DNA from: a virus
DNA: 64,000 bases
IMG/VR virus record: IMGVR_UViG_3300022841_000014
Coordinates: 2,724-66,723 of that record
Direction: 5' to 3' (one strand)
In this document: positions 43,601 through 52,612 of the stretch, in pieces
Numbering within the stretch: the first letter of the stretch is position 1
How the letters are laid out: each line of letters begins with the position of its first letter
Program-made: the position numbers and the translations under genes
Notes under the pieces: generated by a model
Told to the model about the DNA's origin: nothing
The model's input: only the letters and a program-made list of their open reading frames with translations
Database searches by the model: none

Positions 43601-45656
43601 TTAATTCATTTGTATTAAGATTAGTTACACTAGCACCCATTACACCACCAAATCTACTTATTATTTGATCTATTACCGATACAGATTTATTATCAACAGC
43701 ATCTTTACTTTTAAATTCTTCTTGATATTGTAAAAATCTAGTAGCAGAAAACTCTTCTAATCTTTTATTAGATTCAATTTCTCTATTTTTTTCTGAATAA
43801 ACATATGTACCATCTGCACGTAAGTCTTCAGCAAGTAAATAGTCAGCAAATAATGTATGACCGTTTATTGCATTTTTTTTAAGATTTCTTAATAAATCTT
43901 TATTTTCTTTAAATAAATTAATTGTATTTGATAAAAAAGAAGCATTACCATAAACCCAAAACATTTTATTCATACTGTAAACAGTAGAATCTTTTACATC
44001 ATTTTGAGTTTTAGCAGTATAAACAGCTAAGTCATTAAATAATCTAGATTTATTGTTTTCAATAAAAGAATAATCTTCGTTATTTTGATTTTTAGTAAAG
44101 TCTTTTAATGCTAAATTTAAAGCACCATAAAGATCAGTAATTTGTATTTTAACATCACTTTTAAAAGTGTCAGTATTTGCATTTTCAATAAGCATTGAAT
44201 GCATTACAAAATCATCTATATTATTAATTCCTAATTTATTAAATATAGAAATTAAACCTTTTTTCTTATTTAAAACACTTCTACTGTAAGCAAGTGAAAA
44301 ATCATCATCAGTCATAATTGATAAATCTTCCCCAGAAAAAATATCATTAAATCTTTTAAATGAATCTTTAAATTCATTACTTAAAGATTGTAAAAGTGCT
44401 GTATCTATTTTACCATTTTTAATAAAAACTTTATTAATTTTTTCTTGCCAGTTTTTAAGAATTTTAGATTCTACACTAGATTGTTTAGCAGCGTCAAATG
44501 CTTTAAAAACACCTTTAATTATATTATTTTCATAAACCATGTGTTGGTTTTTGAAATGAGTCATTGCTACTACAAATTCACTTTTTTTATTTTGATTATA
44601 TTCTTCACTTTCAAGTAAATTAATAAGATCTTCATAATGAGGTTTTATTTTAATTTCATTTTTAATAAGACTTATCATCTTTACAAAAACGTCTTCTATT
44701 TTACCACCTACCATATTAGGTACAACATTTGCCAATAATCTTAATAAATCTTCATGTACTGCATTACCTTCTATAAATTTACTTTGTTCAAATACATCTG
44801 TAAGCATGGGAATAAACATGCTATTACCTTGTGTTATATTATAATTGGGATCTATTTCATAAGCACGTAAAAAAGACAAAAGAAGTTTTACATTAGCTCC
44901 TGCTTTATTTTTACTGTTTTTTTCTACAGAATTAACTGCTTCACCCCTATCAGAATTATCATCCTTTTCTTTTTCTTCTTCTATTTCATTAGTTTTATCA
45001 TTAATAGTCAAACCTTTAGATATAAAATAAGAAATTATTTCATTTTTAAGATCAGCTTTACCATGTTCTAAACCTTCTGATATTCTTATTCTTTCATCAT
45101 TTAAAATTATTTCAGAATTTATTTCGTCTTTGTTAGTGTCAAAATCTTCAAGAAGTTGTTTATCTGAAAAAGTAAGAAGATTTTCAAGACCTGTTTTTAA
45201 ATCTTTTGCAGAACTTAAAGTAGATTGTATAAAATTATTTATATATTTTTCTATATTAATATTTTTAATAGATTCTAAATCATTAAAATTGTTTTTAATA
45301 TTTTCATTAAATATTTCAGCTGCAATAATATTTACAACTTCTTTTATTTTAGTACTTCTATTATCTACATTAAGATATTCAAAATTTCTAGGTGTTATAT
45401 CAATATGATTATTTTCTTTATCTAAAAAATAATGTATAGACTTACCATTTCTAATTTCAGTATATAACAATGGTTCACCTTGATCGTTAAGTCTTTTACC
45501 TTCTGGATCAAAGTTATTACTGTCAATATTTTTCCAATCACCAAAAACTTTTAAAAAATTAAGCGAACTTAATTTATTATATTTTTCTTTAGCAACAGTA
45601 GGGTTTTTAAATACTTTAACTAATTTATTGTATGTTTTACTTATTGTGCAGTTCAT
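37680..45656 (-). CDS. virion-packaged RNA polymerase (phi14:2 gp66-like)
   Basis: 2658 aa; GYRIPNQG and catalytic GSDFDIDK; TDAQAWI; AFVDNAKDP. Confidence 0.92.
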   Translation of the reverse strand: MNCTISKTYNKLVKVFKNPTVAKEKYNKLSSLNFLKVFGDWKNIDSNNFDPEGKRLNDQGEPLLYTEIRNGKSIHYFLDKENNHIDITPRNFEYLNVDNRSTKIKEVVNIIAAEIFNENIKNNFNDLESIKNINIEKYINNFIQSTLSSAKDLKTGLENLLTFSDKQLLEDFDTNKDEINSEIILNDERIRISEGLEHGKADLKNEIISYFISKGLTINDKTNEIEEEKEKDDNSDRGEAVNSVEKNSKNKAGANVKLLLSFLRAYEIDPNYNITQGNSMFIPMLTDVFEQSKFIEGNAVHEDLLRLLANVVPNMVGGKIEDVFVKMISLIKNEIKIKPHYEDLINLLESEEYNQNKKSEFVVAMTHFKNQHMVYENNIIKGVFKAFDAAKQSSVESKILKNWQEKINKVFIKNGKIDTALLQSLSNEFKDSFKRFNDIFSGEDLSIMTDDDFSLAYSRSVLNKKKGLISIFNKLGINNIDDFVMHSMLIENANTDTFKSDVKIQITDLYGALNLALKDFTKNQNNEDYSFIENNKSRLFNDLAVYTAKTQNDVKDSTVYSMNKMFWVYGNASFLSNTINLFKENKDLLRNLKKNAINGHTLFADYLLAEDLRADGTYVYSEKNREIESNKRLEEFSATRFLQYQEEFKSKDAVDNKSVSVIDQIISRFGGVMGASVTNLNTNELTQSVKPIYSTILPADKNTAYEIKIGLFMNETLAEMKSFEDMDFSKKTKDIFYNYFTDEYNRMVEAYDDLKNKEYSKLKIHYHTDKGGNIGSYKDNNGKDIFLKTFEEYENSKETSKKLLGQAFVSQISPEINYNTLQSKLVGSNIFNKDGSPSYLEKDSLNEDHKDVITNILNKMMTNRVGDNVTDLMSKGIIKKTGENAYTFAAIDNQIRRSYGAENGVFTRASLYQMVSDYAINTIIANVEYTKLFTGDPAYYKNMVDFFKRVPATYTDGTYLRLGLTEGDETFNMSVVENQIVDSKFYDNLDDSLKLAGIEKESERKSIIGAYKEGVNQTDAQAWITPMRWKFILERTGKWTDAHNVVYDKMIEKNKEPFTSSELKLSAQPLKGVYYGVVNGAPTYMKYSQAVLTPMLVKGSKLESFYNQMIEQKIDEAVTLDGVKVGADIPTDISGDKINFNIQVLNNFEWKLQQDLPVKLMKQTLLGSQIQKNIYSTVKKDEVYDVDGVDYQGFGIIDHINSILSDLSNNGINKLSKLLEKGADNKINSDKMYDIIQGEINDNPEDYTDNMKDAVNKKMLIEAMPSMRDKMYSILFSKIRKAASNIKTNGGSFIQMSNYGLDIVTADEQGVTWLAEKNELKPPTLYEDIVTNEDGTKITTIKQRPGQIFISHSDIAKAIPNYRQLAKEGKLKDMLGKDVLKAIGYRIPNQGMSSNDALEIVGILPPHMNDTIVAYTEITTKTGSDFDIDKMFVMLPELKTLYTKKTYKAAKEYLKTLVKDNVSDTTDVFNITDFYDALVENTGIDLSQEEMVKLFSATDETLLNNDYFNIIVDHLVKGESEGAKALSESINEGGVRKIIKSESNRDSTKGLNNMLFDSYWSILTNKSTYSEIIKPIDFDYLQNHIKSLNSDKQVNENFKFYDGIYQVELKNTYMLGKSGVGISANMAVDHNISKNMVNLRFNGYNLGVGFINENNETVFDNNPDTGNSNSVKLTVNQAKIAAARIKEKTGKSVNYETLMSFKIGDTISAFMNAFVDNAKDPYIELGNYNTYTSGVAFMLTRAGVHPYWTDAFMGQPILKELTKFTKDFESISVKKDDKYKSMSSYDAMLYDAVANLINTNNKKLIIAEIEKLKNQKRIVYSYEDLANNYNEKDDKRKNVELLMTFKEYQDQSKKLDASVNLSRFDTLGSGRNFSDMLVYQNNLLKLFNKQETKGEINGHMDKYIRDGVLTSLGSQLKNSVFFASDVLNANPSIFLSANKEFLNVIDNISMTTAGSYGGSMGRSSDKKMISKLSKELYTSLMSKYEVLEVEGNPVEFVKNVKERLVAYKDNKNENSDNAFVNSLTFYNESFGIDIGRLEVNQKNDISNAFYDIYKQDFKLAKDIIKASFLMNGFNQSLIDFNEMIPHEFFLNYHKINNTKFQSVQAFIKEKMNEMGNSSYAQSFHKEYAQNNYDDNKLVRQINSDLIQKIGNNTNNLVFIKELGAQKSYQVSSREDEFGVVDKSTISYTPYIKTETNSKNLDANTTFLYEYKGNMKFNKEYRPVYEQIELKGYKNKSSKVNYKEYGKENSSFEINNFGVNPIKDNANKQLAIFEFVDMSKTSHFLETQEYKNTNQLKDLIFNNEIKESEETVESQENNVSLQNVNVETIKIYSQLGNKTATDNVVLKSVYQKAGVAYAKSIDGVFSMRVNNSNTHFGNPFSSVPTEIAKGLIATKSTKESVKAYISWIFDNGDVNNAFAEKYLNNLDGTIYNKLNERKEWIQEQLKSGVLKDKAIVYYKELGEPSHATALDYLINNKTDENIVSLQESNDKLIPNKTINVYYGQAESEKSTKILSNLASRKFTYESVDGIFREYGSVEHAYQTNKNGNFNKTIYDNYVKIGGYGKKITTKLTEKGKKGNLEIMKDLVVESFLQNKNSEAAIKLLEYNKFTHNTNQLIDKAFLKGLYLAQKELLNVNNEQKEGEQLDLFGENDVPNEPQC
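38202..38714. repeat. 21-nt direct repeats (38202-38222, 38694-38714) flanking an in-frame module of the RNAP gene
   Basis: TTGTAAAGATACA(A/T)TATTTTC, one mismatch, 492 nt apart. Confidence 0.7.
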
Positions 45657-45659
45657 ATA

Positions 45660-48600
45660 TTATTTATTACAACCTGGATCAAGGTCATCTTTTTGTTCGT
45701 CTTCTTTATTAATTTTATTAACTTTACTTACTATATTTACAAATTTAGATTTATTTCTAGAATTACTTTTTACCTTAACTACAGGTTTAATTACATCTTC
45801 AAGTTTTTCAGCTTTATCTTTTGTTTCTTTTGCTTCTTTATCATTTTCAGCCATTGTAATTTGATTTTCTAAATTATCTAAAAATATTTTTTCTTCAGCA
45901 CTAATTTGATTAGCATCATCTTCTAATGTTTCTTTTTTAGACTTTTTATTTTCTTTTAAAATTTTAATAGGTGTTTTTTCAATCTTTTCTTTTAAATCAC
46001 TCTTTGCTTTTTTCTTTTTATTAGCTTTAACTTGTAATGGATCTATTCCCAAATTAGGATCTATATAAATTGCAGTAGAATCTTGAAACATAGCTTGTCC
46101 TAATTTAGAATCAGTACTTAATATGCTATTAAATAAATGTTTTTTGTAAGCAACTGTGTTAGAAGCTTTTTTATTTATTTGTCTATTTTTTTCAGTAGTA
46201 AGCCATTCAATTATTCTAGGTTTAGCATCTTTAAAATTTTCTGAAGATATTAATTCATCTTGCATTCTTAAACTACTACCTTCTATACTAAATGCATTTT
46301 TATCACTTTGACCTTCATATACTAAATTATTGACTAAATCAATAATAGTTGTATTTTTAGTGTTTTTATCTAAAGCTTTTAATTCAGTATTTATATATTC
46401 TAATTCAAGTTCTGTAAAGATACTATTTTTTATTAACATATCCAAACTATCTTTATATGTTAATTTAATAGAAGAGCCTATCATTACTTCTACAATCTTA
46501 TATAGTAATTCAGCTTCTATATTGTTTATACGTCTTTGGTTAAGCTTTAAAGGCATTTTACGACCATTAGCCATTGGTACTGATATATATATTTGACCAG
46601 CATTTTTAACAGTTCCAAAACTTTCTGTTGTTTTATTACTGCTATTTTTAAGAACACCTATTGAATCAGAAAACAAAACTTCTACTTTGTCAATAGATTC
46701 TACTCCAAATAAATTAGATTTACCATTTTCATCAAATATTTTATTTGCAGCTGGTTTACCATCAACCCTATCCATTTGTATTCTACCAGGTTTTTGAAAC
46801 ATTATAATACTTTTAGGTTTTTTACCTTCTAGCATTTGCATAATAACATTTCTTTTTATAGTAGCTGCAGCAGCAAATACTTCAATACCAAGTTCTTCGT
46901 TTGCAAATGATAAATGACTAAATCCACCGTTTGCAACGTTAACTTTAATTGGTAAAAACTGAACTAAAGAATCAATTTCTTCTTCTGTTAATGTGCCGTT
47001 ATTATCTAACACATCTCTAAATAAAAATAAAGCTTCATTTGCTCTATCATTAGTTTGACCGTTACCTAATTCAAAAGTAACTTCTTCTCCTTTTTTATCA
47101 CGTTGTTCTTCTGAATATTGAAAAAACAATGGGTCTGCAGATAAGTTACCTTTAGAATCTACTAATTTAGCATGACTTTCACTACTTCTATTAACAGTGT
47201 TTTCAGGTAATCTATTTATATCATTAGATGTACCTTCATTAATAGTACCTCCTGTTGAAATATTATCACTATTAGTAAATTCATTACCAGGTTGTTGTGA
47301 AGAACTACTTGACTTATTTTTTTTAGTTTGTAGATAATTTACACCTCTTTGAAACCAATTTCTTATTTTCCCATTTAAACCAGGTATTGCTGCTTTAGCT
47401 TGTTCTAATGTAACTTTATTTGCACTAAATGATTCTGATACTTCAAGTCCACTAGCATTTATAGGAAAAAACAACTTACCTCCAGAATAAACAGATATTA
47501 ATTCTTTTACACCAGCACTTCTTTCTCCTTCATTAGTTTTATTTAAAGCGTCTCTGTCAGCCTGATATTTAGCTTTAATTTTAGAAACTAAGCCAGTGTA
47601 AGTTTTATCTTTTATAGTACTTACTTTTTTTGAAAAGCTGTTTGACTCCTCACCAGCTTTAACATCGTACAATACTATAAAATCAGTATCATCTATTATA
47701 GAAGTTTCTTTAAATTTTTCATCTCTATAATCTTTAATATCTAAAGCTTCTTTTAAAAGAATCTTTTCTTCTTCATTAATCTCTTTAAGATTAGAGTTTT
47801 CTTCTTCTACGTTATCAACTTCTTCTTGTTGATCATTTGTAGTAACTGTAGGATTAGTTTTAGGATTAGGCTTACTTTCTTTAGGAACTTCTTTCCTACT
47901 TACTTCTAATTCAACAATACTTTTATAATTTTCATTAAGTATTTCTACTACTAAAGTTGATTCATTAGCTTTATTATATTTAATTTGATTAGAAATATTT
48001 AAATCTTTTAACTCAGGATTAGACATAACTATAATATCAATTAATTCTTGAGTTAATGGTTCTAATATAAGATCTTCACTTGTTTTTGAAAGTTTAGTTG
48101 TTAAAATATCAAATAAAGCATTATTATTATCAACTTGTTTAACTAAATTAACTTTTTTAGATCTAACTTTTTTTCTTTCTTGAGTTTTCTTTTCTTTATT
48201 ATCTTTTTTAATTATTTCTTTTTCAGAGTCTTCTTTTTTTGTTACTTCTTCTTCTTGTTTTTTAACAGTTTCTTCTTTAATAGTTTTTTCAGCTTCTATG
48301 TCTTGTTCTACTTTAAGATCAAATAAATTTTGAAGTTGTGTAGGATCATAAAGCATATCTAAGATTGCATTTTGTTGAATTATAGAATTACTAATATCAG
48401 ATTGTTCTCTTAATTTATTACCATAAATATTATTACCTTTATTTTTTTTATTAGCAAAATTAAGAAATTCTTCACTTGTACCATATCCTAAATTTTTTGC
48501 ATTAAATTCTTCTAAAGTTAAAGATAACCCTACGTCATCTTTAAATTTATTATAACCTTTAGTTGATTGTTCAGTTTGTAATGCATATTCTTTTAATAAT

Positions 48601-50501
48601 TCAAGTTCTTGTAATGTTACTTCATTTTCTACTTCAATTTTGTTAGATTCAAGAAATCTTTTACGTTGTTTTGTAAAAGTTTCAAATGCATTCATTTGAT
48701 TATAAAAAGCTGAAACTTTTTCAGTGTCTTCACCTTTTATTGGATTAAAATATTTAAGATATTCAGAAGATTTTTCATAATCTTTCTGCATAGATTTAGC
48801 TTGTTCTACAATATTAGTTACAACAGATTTTTTTGTTTGATTTTCACCTGTTACTTCATTAGAAGCATTTACTTTATCTATAATATCTTCATTTTGACTA
48901 AGAGCTTTTTCAAGTATTTCAACACCCATTTCACCATTAGTTATAAAAGGCATTAAAAAAGACGATGTAAAATCATTTTGAGCCACTTTAAGACGTGCTT
49001 TTTGTGGAGCTGGTAATACACCATCATTAGCTTCTTTTATTGCATTCATTTCATCAAAAACCTTATCAAGAGCTTCTAATTTTTTTACTTCATTACCATA
49101 TTCAGTAACATATTTATCATTAATTTCTCTTTTACCGTTTTCATCAACTGTATATAATTTATCTGTACCCATTGTATACAAATTTATCATAGACTCCATA
49201 TGTGGAGCTAATTCAGCTTTTCTTTTTTTAGTAGCTTTATTATTAGATATTTGACTATATACATTCATTGGACCACCAAGTATACCACCTAATGCAATAG
49301 CTTTTTGACCTTCTACAGATGTTAAAGTGTGTAAATAAGAATCTAGTAAGCCAGTTTCTTTTCCTTCTGCTTTGTCCATAAACTTATGTTCAACAGAACT
49401 TTGCATAGCTTCTTCCCAAAAACCTTCTCTTGCAAAACCTTTACCAAATTCACCAGCATATTCTTCTATTCTTCCTTTTGTAAGTAAAGATTTAGGATCT
49501 TTTATAAACTTACCAGCATCATCTAAATATTGAGAAGCTACTTTAGAACCACCTTTTGCTCCAAATAATATTTTATTACTAATTGCATTAGGTCCTACTA
49601 GTATAGCTACGTTAGACCAAAATATATTTCTACCAAGGTCAGCTTTATTTTCAGTAAAAAGTTTTTCAGCTTCTTCTTCAGTTAATCCTTTTTCTAATTG
49701 TTTATTTATAAAGTTTTCTTTTTTATTTTCAAAAGCTCTCATTGCGCCTCCTGATTCAGCACCTGCTTCAAAAAAAGTATTAGCTACAGTTGCGTTAAAC
49801 ACATCCATACCTTTATCAGTTGCTTTAATAGTTTTTAAAGCATTCTGAGCAGCTTCTGCTGATTTATACATGCTATTAGCTCCTTTAGTAACACTATTCA
49901 TCATGATTTTACCAAGACCTAGTGACTTAAGAGCTGCTCCTGGAACAAACATACTTGCAATATAACCAACTCCATCAGCACCTTCTGTAGCCCAAAAATC
50001 TATAGAAGTTAAATTATCCATTAAACTACCATTCTTTACAGAATTTTTAACATAAACAGGTAAAGCTTCATTATTTATATATTGATTAGCGTCTTCTATA
50101 GTTCTTATCCAAGCATTGTCAAATATAGTTTCAACAGCAGGGTCATCACCAAAAGGTGTTGCAATTGCGGCAACTAAACCACCAATCATACCTGGCATTT
50201 TAGCAACTTCAGCAAGTACTTTAACTCCAACTCTACCAACACCTGTCATAGTTTTGTCAAAATTAGATTGACGATATGCTCTTATTTCATCTAAGTCTTG
50301 ACGAAGAGGATCTTCCTTACCTGTTAAATAATCTTGATTAGTAAAATCAATTTCATGTTCTCTTTCTTCTAAGTTATTAAATAAATTATCAGATAAAGTT
50401 TCGGTTTTTACATTTGGATCAAATATATCACTATTTGAATTTTCCATTTTATTAAGATTATCCTTTTTGGTAGGATCAAATATGTCTGAATTATTTTGCA
50501 T
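45660..50501 (-). CDS. giant virion/ejection protein
   Basis: 1613 aa; Gly/Ala-rich amphipathic N-terminal region; directly upstream of the vRNAP. Confidence 0.8.
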   Translation of the reverse strand: MQNNSDIFDPTKKDNLNKMENSNSDIFDPNVKTETLSDNLFNNLEEREHEIDFTNQDYLTGKEDPLRQDLDEIRAYRQSNFDKTMTGVGRVGVKVLAEVAKMPGMIGGLVAAIATPFGDDPAVETIFDNAWIRTIEDANQYINNEALPVYVKNSVKNGSLMDNLTSIDFWATEGADGVGYIASMFVPGAALKSLGLGKIMMNSVTKGANSMYKSAEAAQNALKTIKATDKGMDVFNATVANTFFEAGAESGGAMRAFENKKENFINKQLEKGLTEEEAEKLFTENKADLGRNIFWSNVAILVGPNAISNKILFGAKGGSKVASQYLDDAGKFIKDPKSLLTKGRIEEYAGEFGKGFAREGFWEEAMQSSVEHKFMDKAEGKETGLLDSYLHTLTSVEGQKAIALGGILGGPMNVYSQISNNKATKKRKAELAPHMESMINLYTMGTDKLYTVDENGKREINDKYVTEYGNEVKKLEALDKVFDEMNAIKEANDGVLPAPQKARLKVAQNDFTSSFLMPFITNGEMGVEILEKALSQNEDIIDKVNASNEVTGENQTKKSVVTNIVEQAKSMQKDYEKSSEYLKYFNPIKGEDTEKVSAFYNQMNAFETFTKQRKRFLESNKIEVENEVTLQELELLKEYALQTEQSTKGYNKFKDDVGLSLTLEEFNAKNLGYGTSEEFLNFANKKNKGNNIYGNKLREQSDISNSIIQQNAILDMLYDPTQLQNLFDLKVEQDIEAEKTIKEETVKKQEEEVTKKEDSEKEIIKKDNKEKKTQERKKVRSKKVNLVKQVDNNNALFDILTTKLSKTSEDLILEPLTQELIDIIVMSNPELKDLNISNQIKYNKANESTLVVEILNENYKSIVELEVSRKEVPKESKPNPKTNPTVTTNDQQEEVDNVEEENSNLKEINEEEKILLKEALDIKDYRDEKFKETSIIDDTDFIVLYDVKAGEESNSFSKKVSTIKDKTYTGLVSKIKAKYQADRDALNKTNEGERSAGVKELISVYSGGKLFFPINASGLEVSESFSANKVTLEQAKAAIPGLNGKIRNWFQRGVNYLQTKKNKSSSSSQQPGNEFTNSDNISTGGTINEGTSNDINRLPENTVNRSSESHAKLVDSKGNLSADPLFFQYSEEQRDKKGEEVTFELGNGQTNDRANEALFLFRDVLDNNGTLTEEEIDSLVQFLPIKVNVANGGFSHLSFANEELGIEVFAAAATIKRNVIMQMLEGKKPKSIIMFQKPGRIQMDRVDGKPAANKIFDENGKSNLFGVESIDKVEVLFSDSIGVLKNSSNKTTESFGTVKNAGQIYISVPMANGRKMPLKLNQRRINNIEAELLYKIVEVMIGSSIKLTYKDSLDMLIKNSIFTELELEYINTELKALDKNTKNTTIIDLVNNLVYEGQSDKNAFSIEGSSLRMQDELISSENFKDAKPRIIEWLTTEKNRQINKKASNTVAYKKHLFNSILSTDSKLGQAMFQDSTAIYIDPNLGIDPLQVKANKKKKAKSDLKEKIEKTPIKILKENKKSKKETLEDDANQISAEEKIFLDNLENQITMAENDKEAKETKDKAEKLEDVIKPVVKVKSNSRNKSKFVNIVSKVNKINKEDEQKDDLDPGCNK

Positions 50502-52611
50502 AGAATCTATTATTTTCTTTAAAGTAATCTTTTAATGCGTTATTTATCTCATCATCAGTTGGTTTAGTTTTTAAAAACATACCTTTTTTTCTAAATTCAA
50601 CAGCTAATTTTTGTAATACAAAAGGTGAAATGTCATTATAATCAGGATTAGTTACATCAAGTTTTATATTAGGATTTCTTACACTTCTCATTTCTGAAAA
50701 TTTTGTACCGTTTAAAAGACTTAATTGTCTATTATTTTGCATGTCCATTTGCATTTGTTTACCTATATTAGATACTTCACCTGTCATTGGATTAATTATA
50801 CCTTCACCACTAGCAGCTATATAATCTTCTAAATAACCGTTTACAGTATTTACTATACCATTATCAACTTCATTAAAAGAAACTCTTAAATCTATAGGTT
50901 TTCCTTCTCCTATATTTATATCTCCAAACATACCAGTTCCATCAAGGTCATTTTTAAAATTTTTATCTGGAGTTATTCTAAGTACATATTCAGGTTTTTG
51001 ACTAAAACCTTCTGGTATAACTGAAACTAATTTCATACTTTTAGGAGGCGAATTATATATAGCTTGAGATATTACGTCTTGATGTTGTGGTGTTAATGAA
51101 TTTAGCATTTCATTATCTGCAAATACGCTTTCAATATTAACCATTGTATTTATATTTACAGGATTTGCTTTAAATACATTTTCCATGGTTTCATTTAGTA
51201 AGTCTAAACTAGTATTTTGTTTTGGAGTTGATGGAACTAACTGATATCCTGTAAATTGTAAAGTAACAGCTTTAGTTTTTTCATCTACATAATCTCTATT
51301 ACTTTCATAACTTTCAATTAATTTATATTGAGCTGGTGTAATTTCTTCACCTACAGTATTTGTTTGATCAGCTCCACTACCTGTAGTAAAAGTTTTAGAC
51401 ATTTGATAATTACCATTATCTAATTTATCATAAGAATATCTTTCACCTGTACTTATTTTACCAATAATTCTACTTGCTCCAGTACCTTTTTTACCTTCTA
51501 GTCCTCCTAGTTCTTCAGCAGCTTTAAAATCTTTATATATTGGATCGTCTTTTAATGTTTCATCAATTTTATTTTTAAAAATTTCAAGTTGTTTATATTC
51601 TTTATATTCTTCTCTATTTAAATCTAATTTTTTATTATCAAGTTCTTTAAATCTACTTGAAACAGCTTCATATCCTTGTTCTGATAATTGATGTGGAGAA
51701 TATTCTCTATTGTTTAATATAATACCCATTGGAGTATCTGGTTTTTTACTTGTACCACTTTTATAACTAGGGTTTGTCATATAACCAGTTTTCATAGTTT
51801 CACTAATTCCACCAAAACTAGTGTTTGCTTGTGAAATCATTCCTTGTACTTTACTTTCTATATCAGATTCTGGATTGTATCTTTTTTGATGAGCAATATC
51901 TGCTTGAATTTCATTATCTTGACTAACCATACTTGCAATATGTTGTTCTAAAAGATTATCCATAGTTATTCCTTTACCTTCATTAAAATCTAAATTATTT
52001 CTAGATTCAAAACTACCACTGGCGTAAGTTAATACACCATCTACTTCAGATTCAATTAGTCCGTAATTAGCTGCTACTTTATTTCTATCAAGGTCTTTAG
52101 CGTATTTAGTTATTTTTTCACCTATGTTTACATCCTTAGCACCCATGTAAGATTCATAAGGTCCATTTTTATGACCTTTATATTCTCTTTCCGCTACTTC
52201 TAATATTTCATCATAACGATTTCCTGTTATTTCATTTCTAGCTAATTTAGCATCTAAAACTTTTTTATTTTCTTGAAAGCCTTGATAATTTTTTATAATA
52301 TCTCTACCTTCATTTTTAAGAAAACTATCTCTTTTGCGTTTTAATTTCATAACATCACGCATACTTTGACTATTTACACCACCTGCCATTATAGCATCAG
52401 CTTGTGCATTTACTTCATCTGTATAGTTATTAATATAGTCACTTGTAAAATTTTCATCTTGTTTTAACCTTTCTATATCAAAAAGACCTAATTCATCAAG
52501 TCTTTGCATTGATGTATCATGAATTTGTTGTTTGGCTAAAGCTGGAGCCATTATTTCAGAAAGAGATAATGGATTAAATTGACTAGGTGTTACTCTTGAA
52601 TATCTGTTCAT
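50491..52611 (-). CDS. putative internal virion (cargo) protein
   Basis: 706 aa; synteny with crAss-like cargo genes. Confidence 0.7.
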   Translation of the reverse strand: MNRYSRVTPSQFNPLSLSEIMAPALAKQQIHDTSMQRLDELGLFDIERLKQDENFTSDYINNYTDEVNAQADAIMAGGVNSQSMRDVMKLKRKRDSFLKNEGRDIIKNYQGFQENKKVLDAKLARNEITGNRYDEILEVAEREYKGHKNGPYESYMGAKDVNIGEKITKYAKDLDRNKVAANYGLIESEVDGVLTYASGSFESRNNLDFNEGKGITMDNLLEQHIASMVSQDNEIQADIAHQKRYNPESDIESKVQGMISQANTSFGGISETMKTGYMTNPSYKSGTSKKPDTPMGIILNNREYSPHQLSEQGYEAVSSRFKELDNKKLDLNREEYKEYKQLEIFKNKIDETLKDDPIYKDFKAAEELGGLEGKKGTGASRIIGKISTGERYSYDKLDNGNYQMSKTFTTGSGADQTNTVGEEITPAQYKLIESYESNRDYVDEKTKAVTLQFTGYQLVPSTPKQNTSLDLLNETMENVFKANPVNINTMVNIESVFADNEMLNSLTPQHQDVISQAIYNSPPKSMKLVSVIPEGFSQKPEYVLRITPDKNFKNDLDGTGMFGDINIGEGKPIDLRVSFNEVDNGIVNTVNGYLEDYIAASGEGIINPMTGEVSNIGKQMQMDMQNNRQLSLLNGTKFSEMRSVRNPNIKLDVTNPDYNDISPFVLQKLAVEFRKKGMFLKTKPTDDEINNALKDYFKENNRFYAK

Positions 52612-52612
52612 T

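Noticed and set aside
50417-50495. NSDIFDP duplicated at the N-terminus of the 1613-aa protein
   Set aside because: Short peptide duplication; a targeting or cleavage role cannot be supported from sequence alone.
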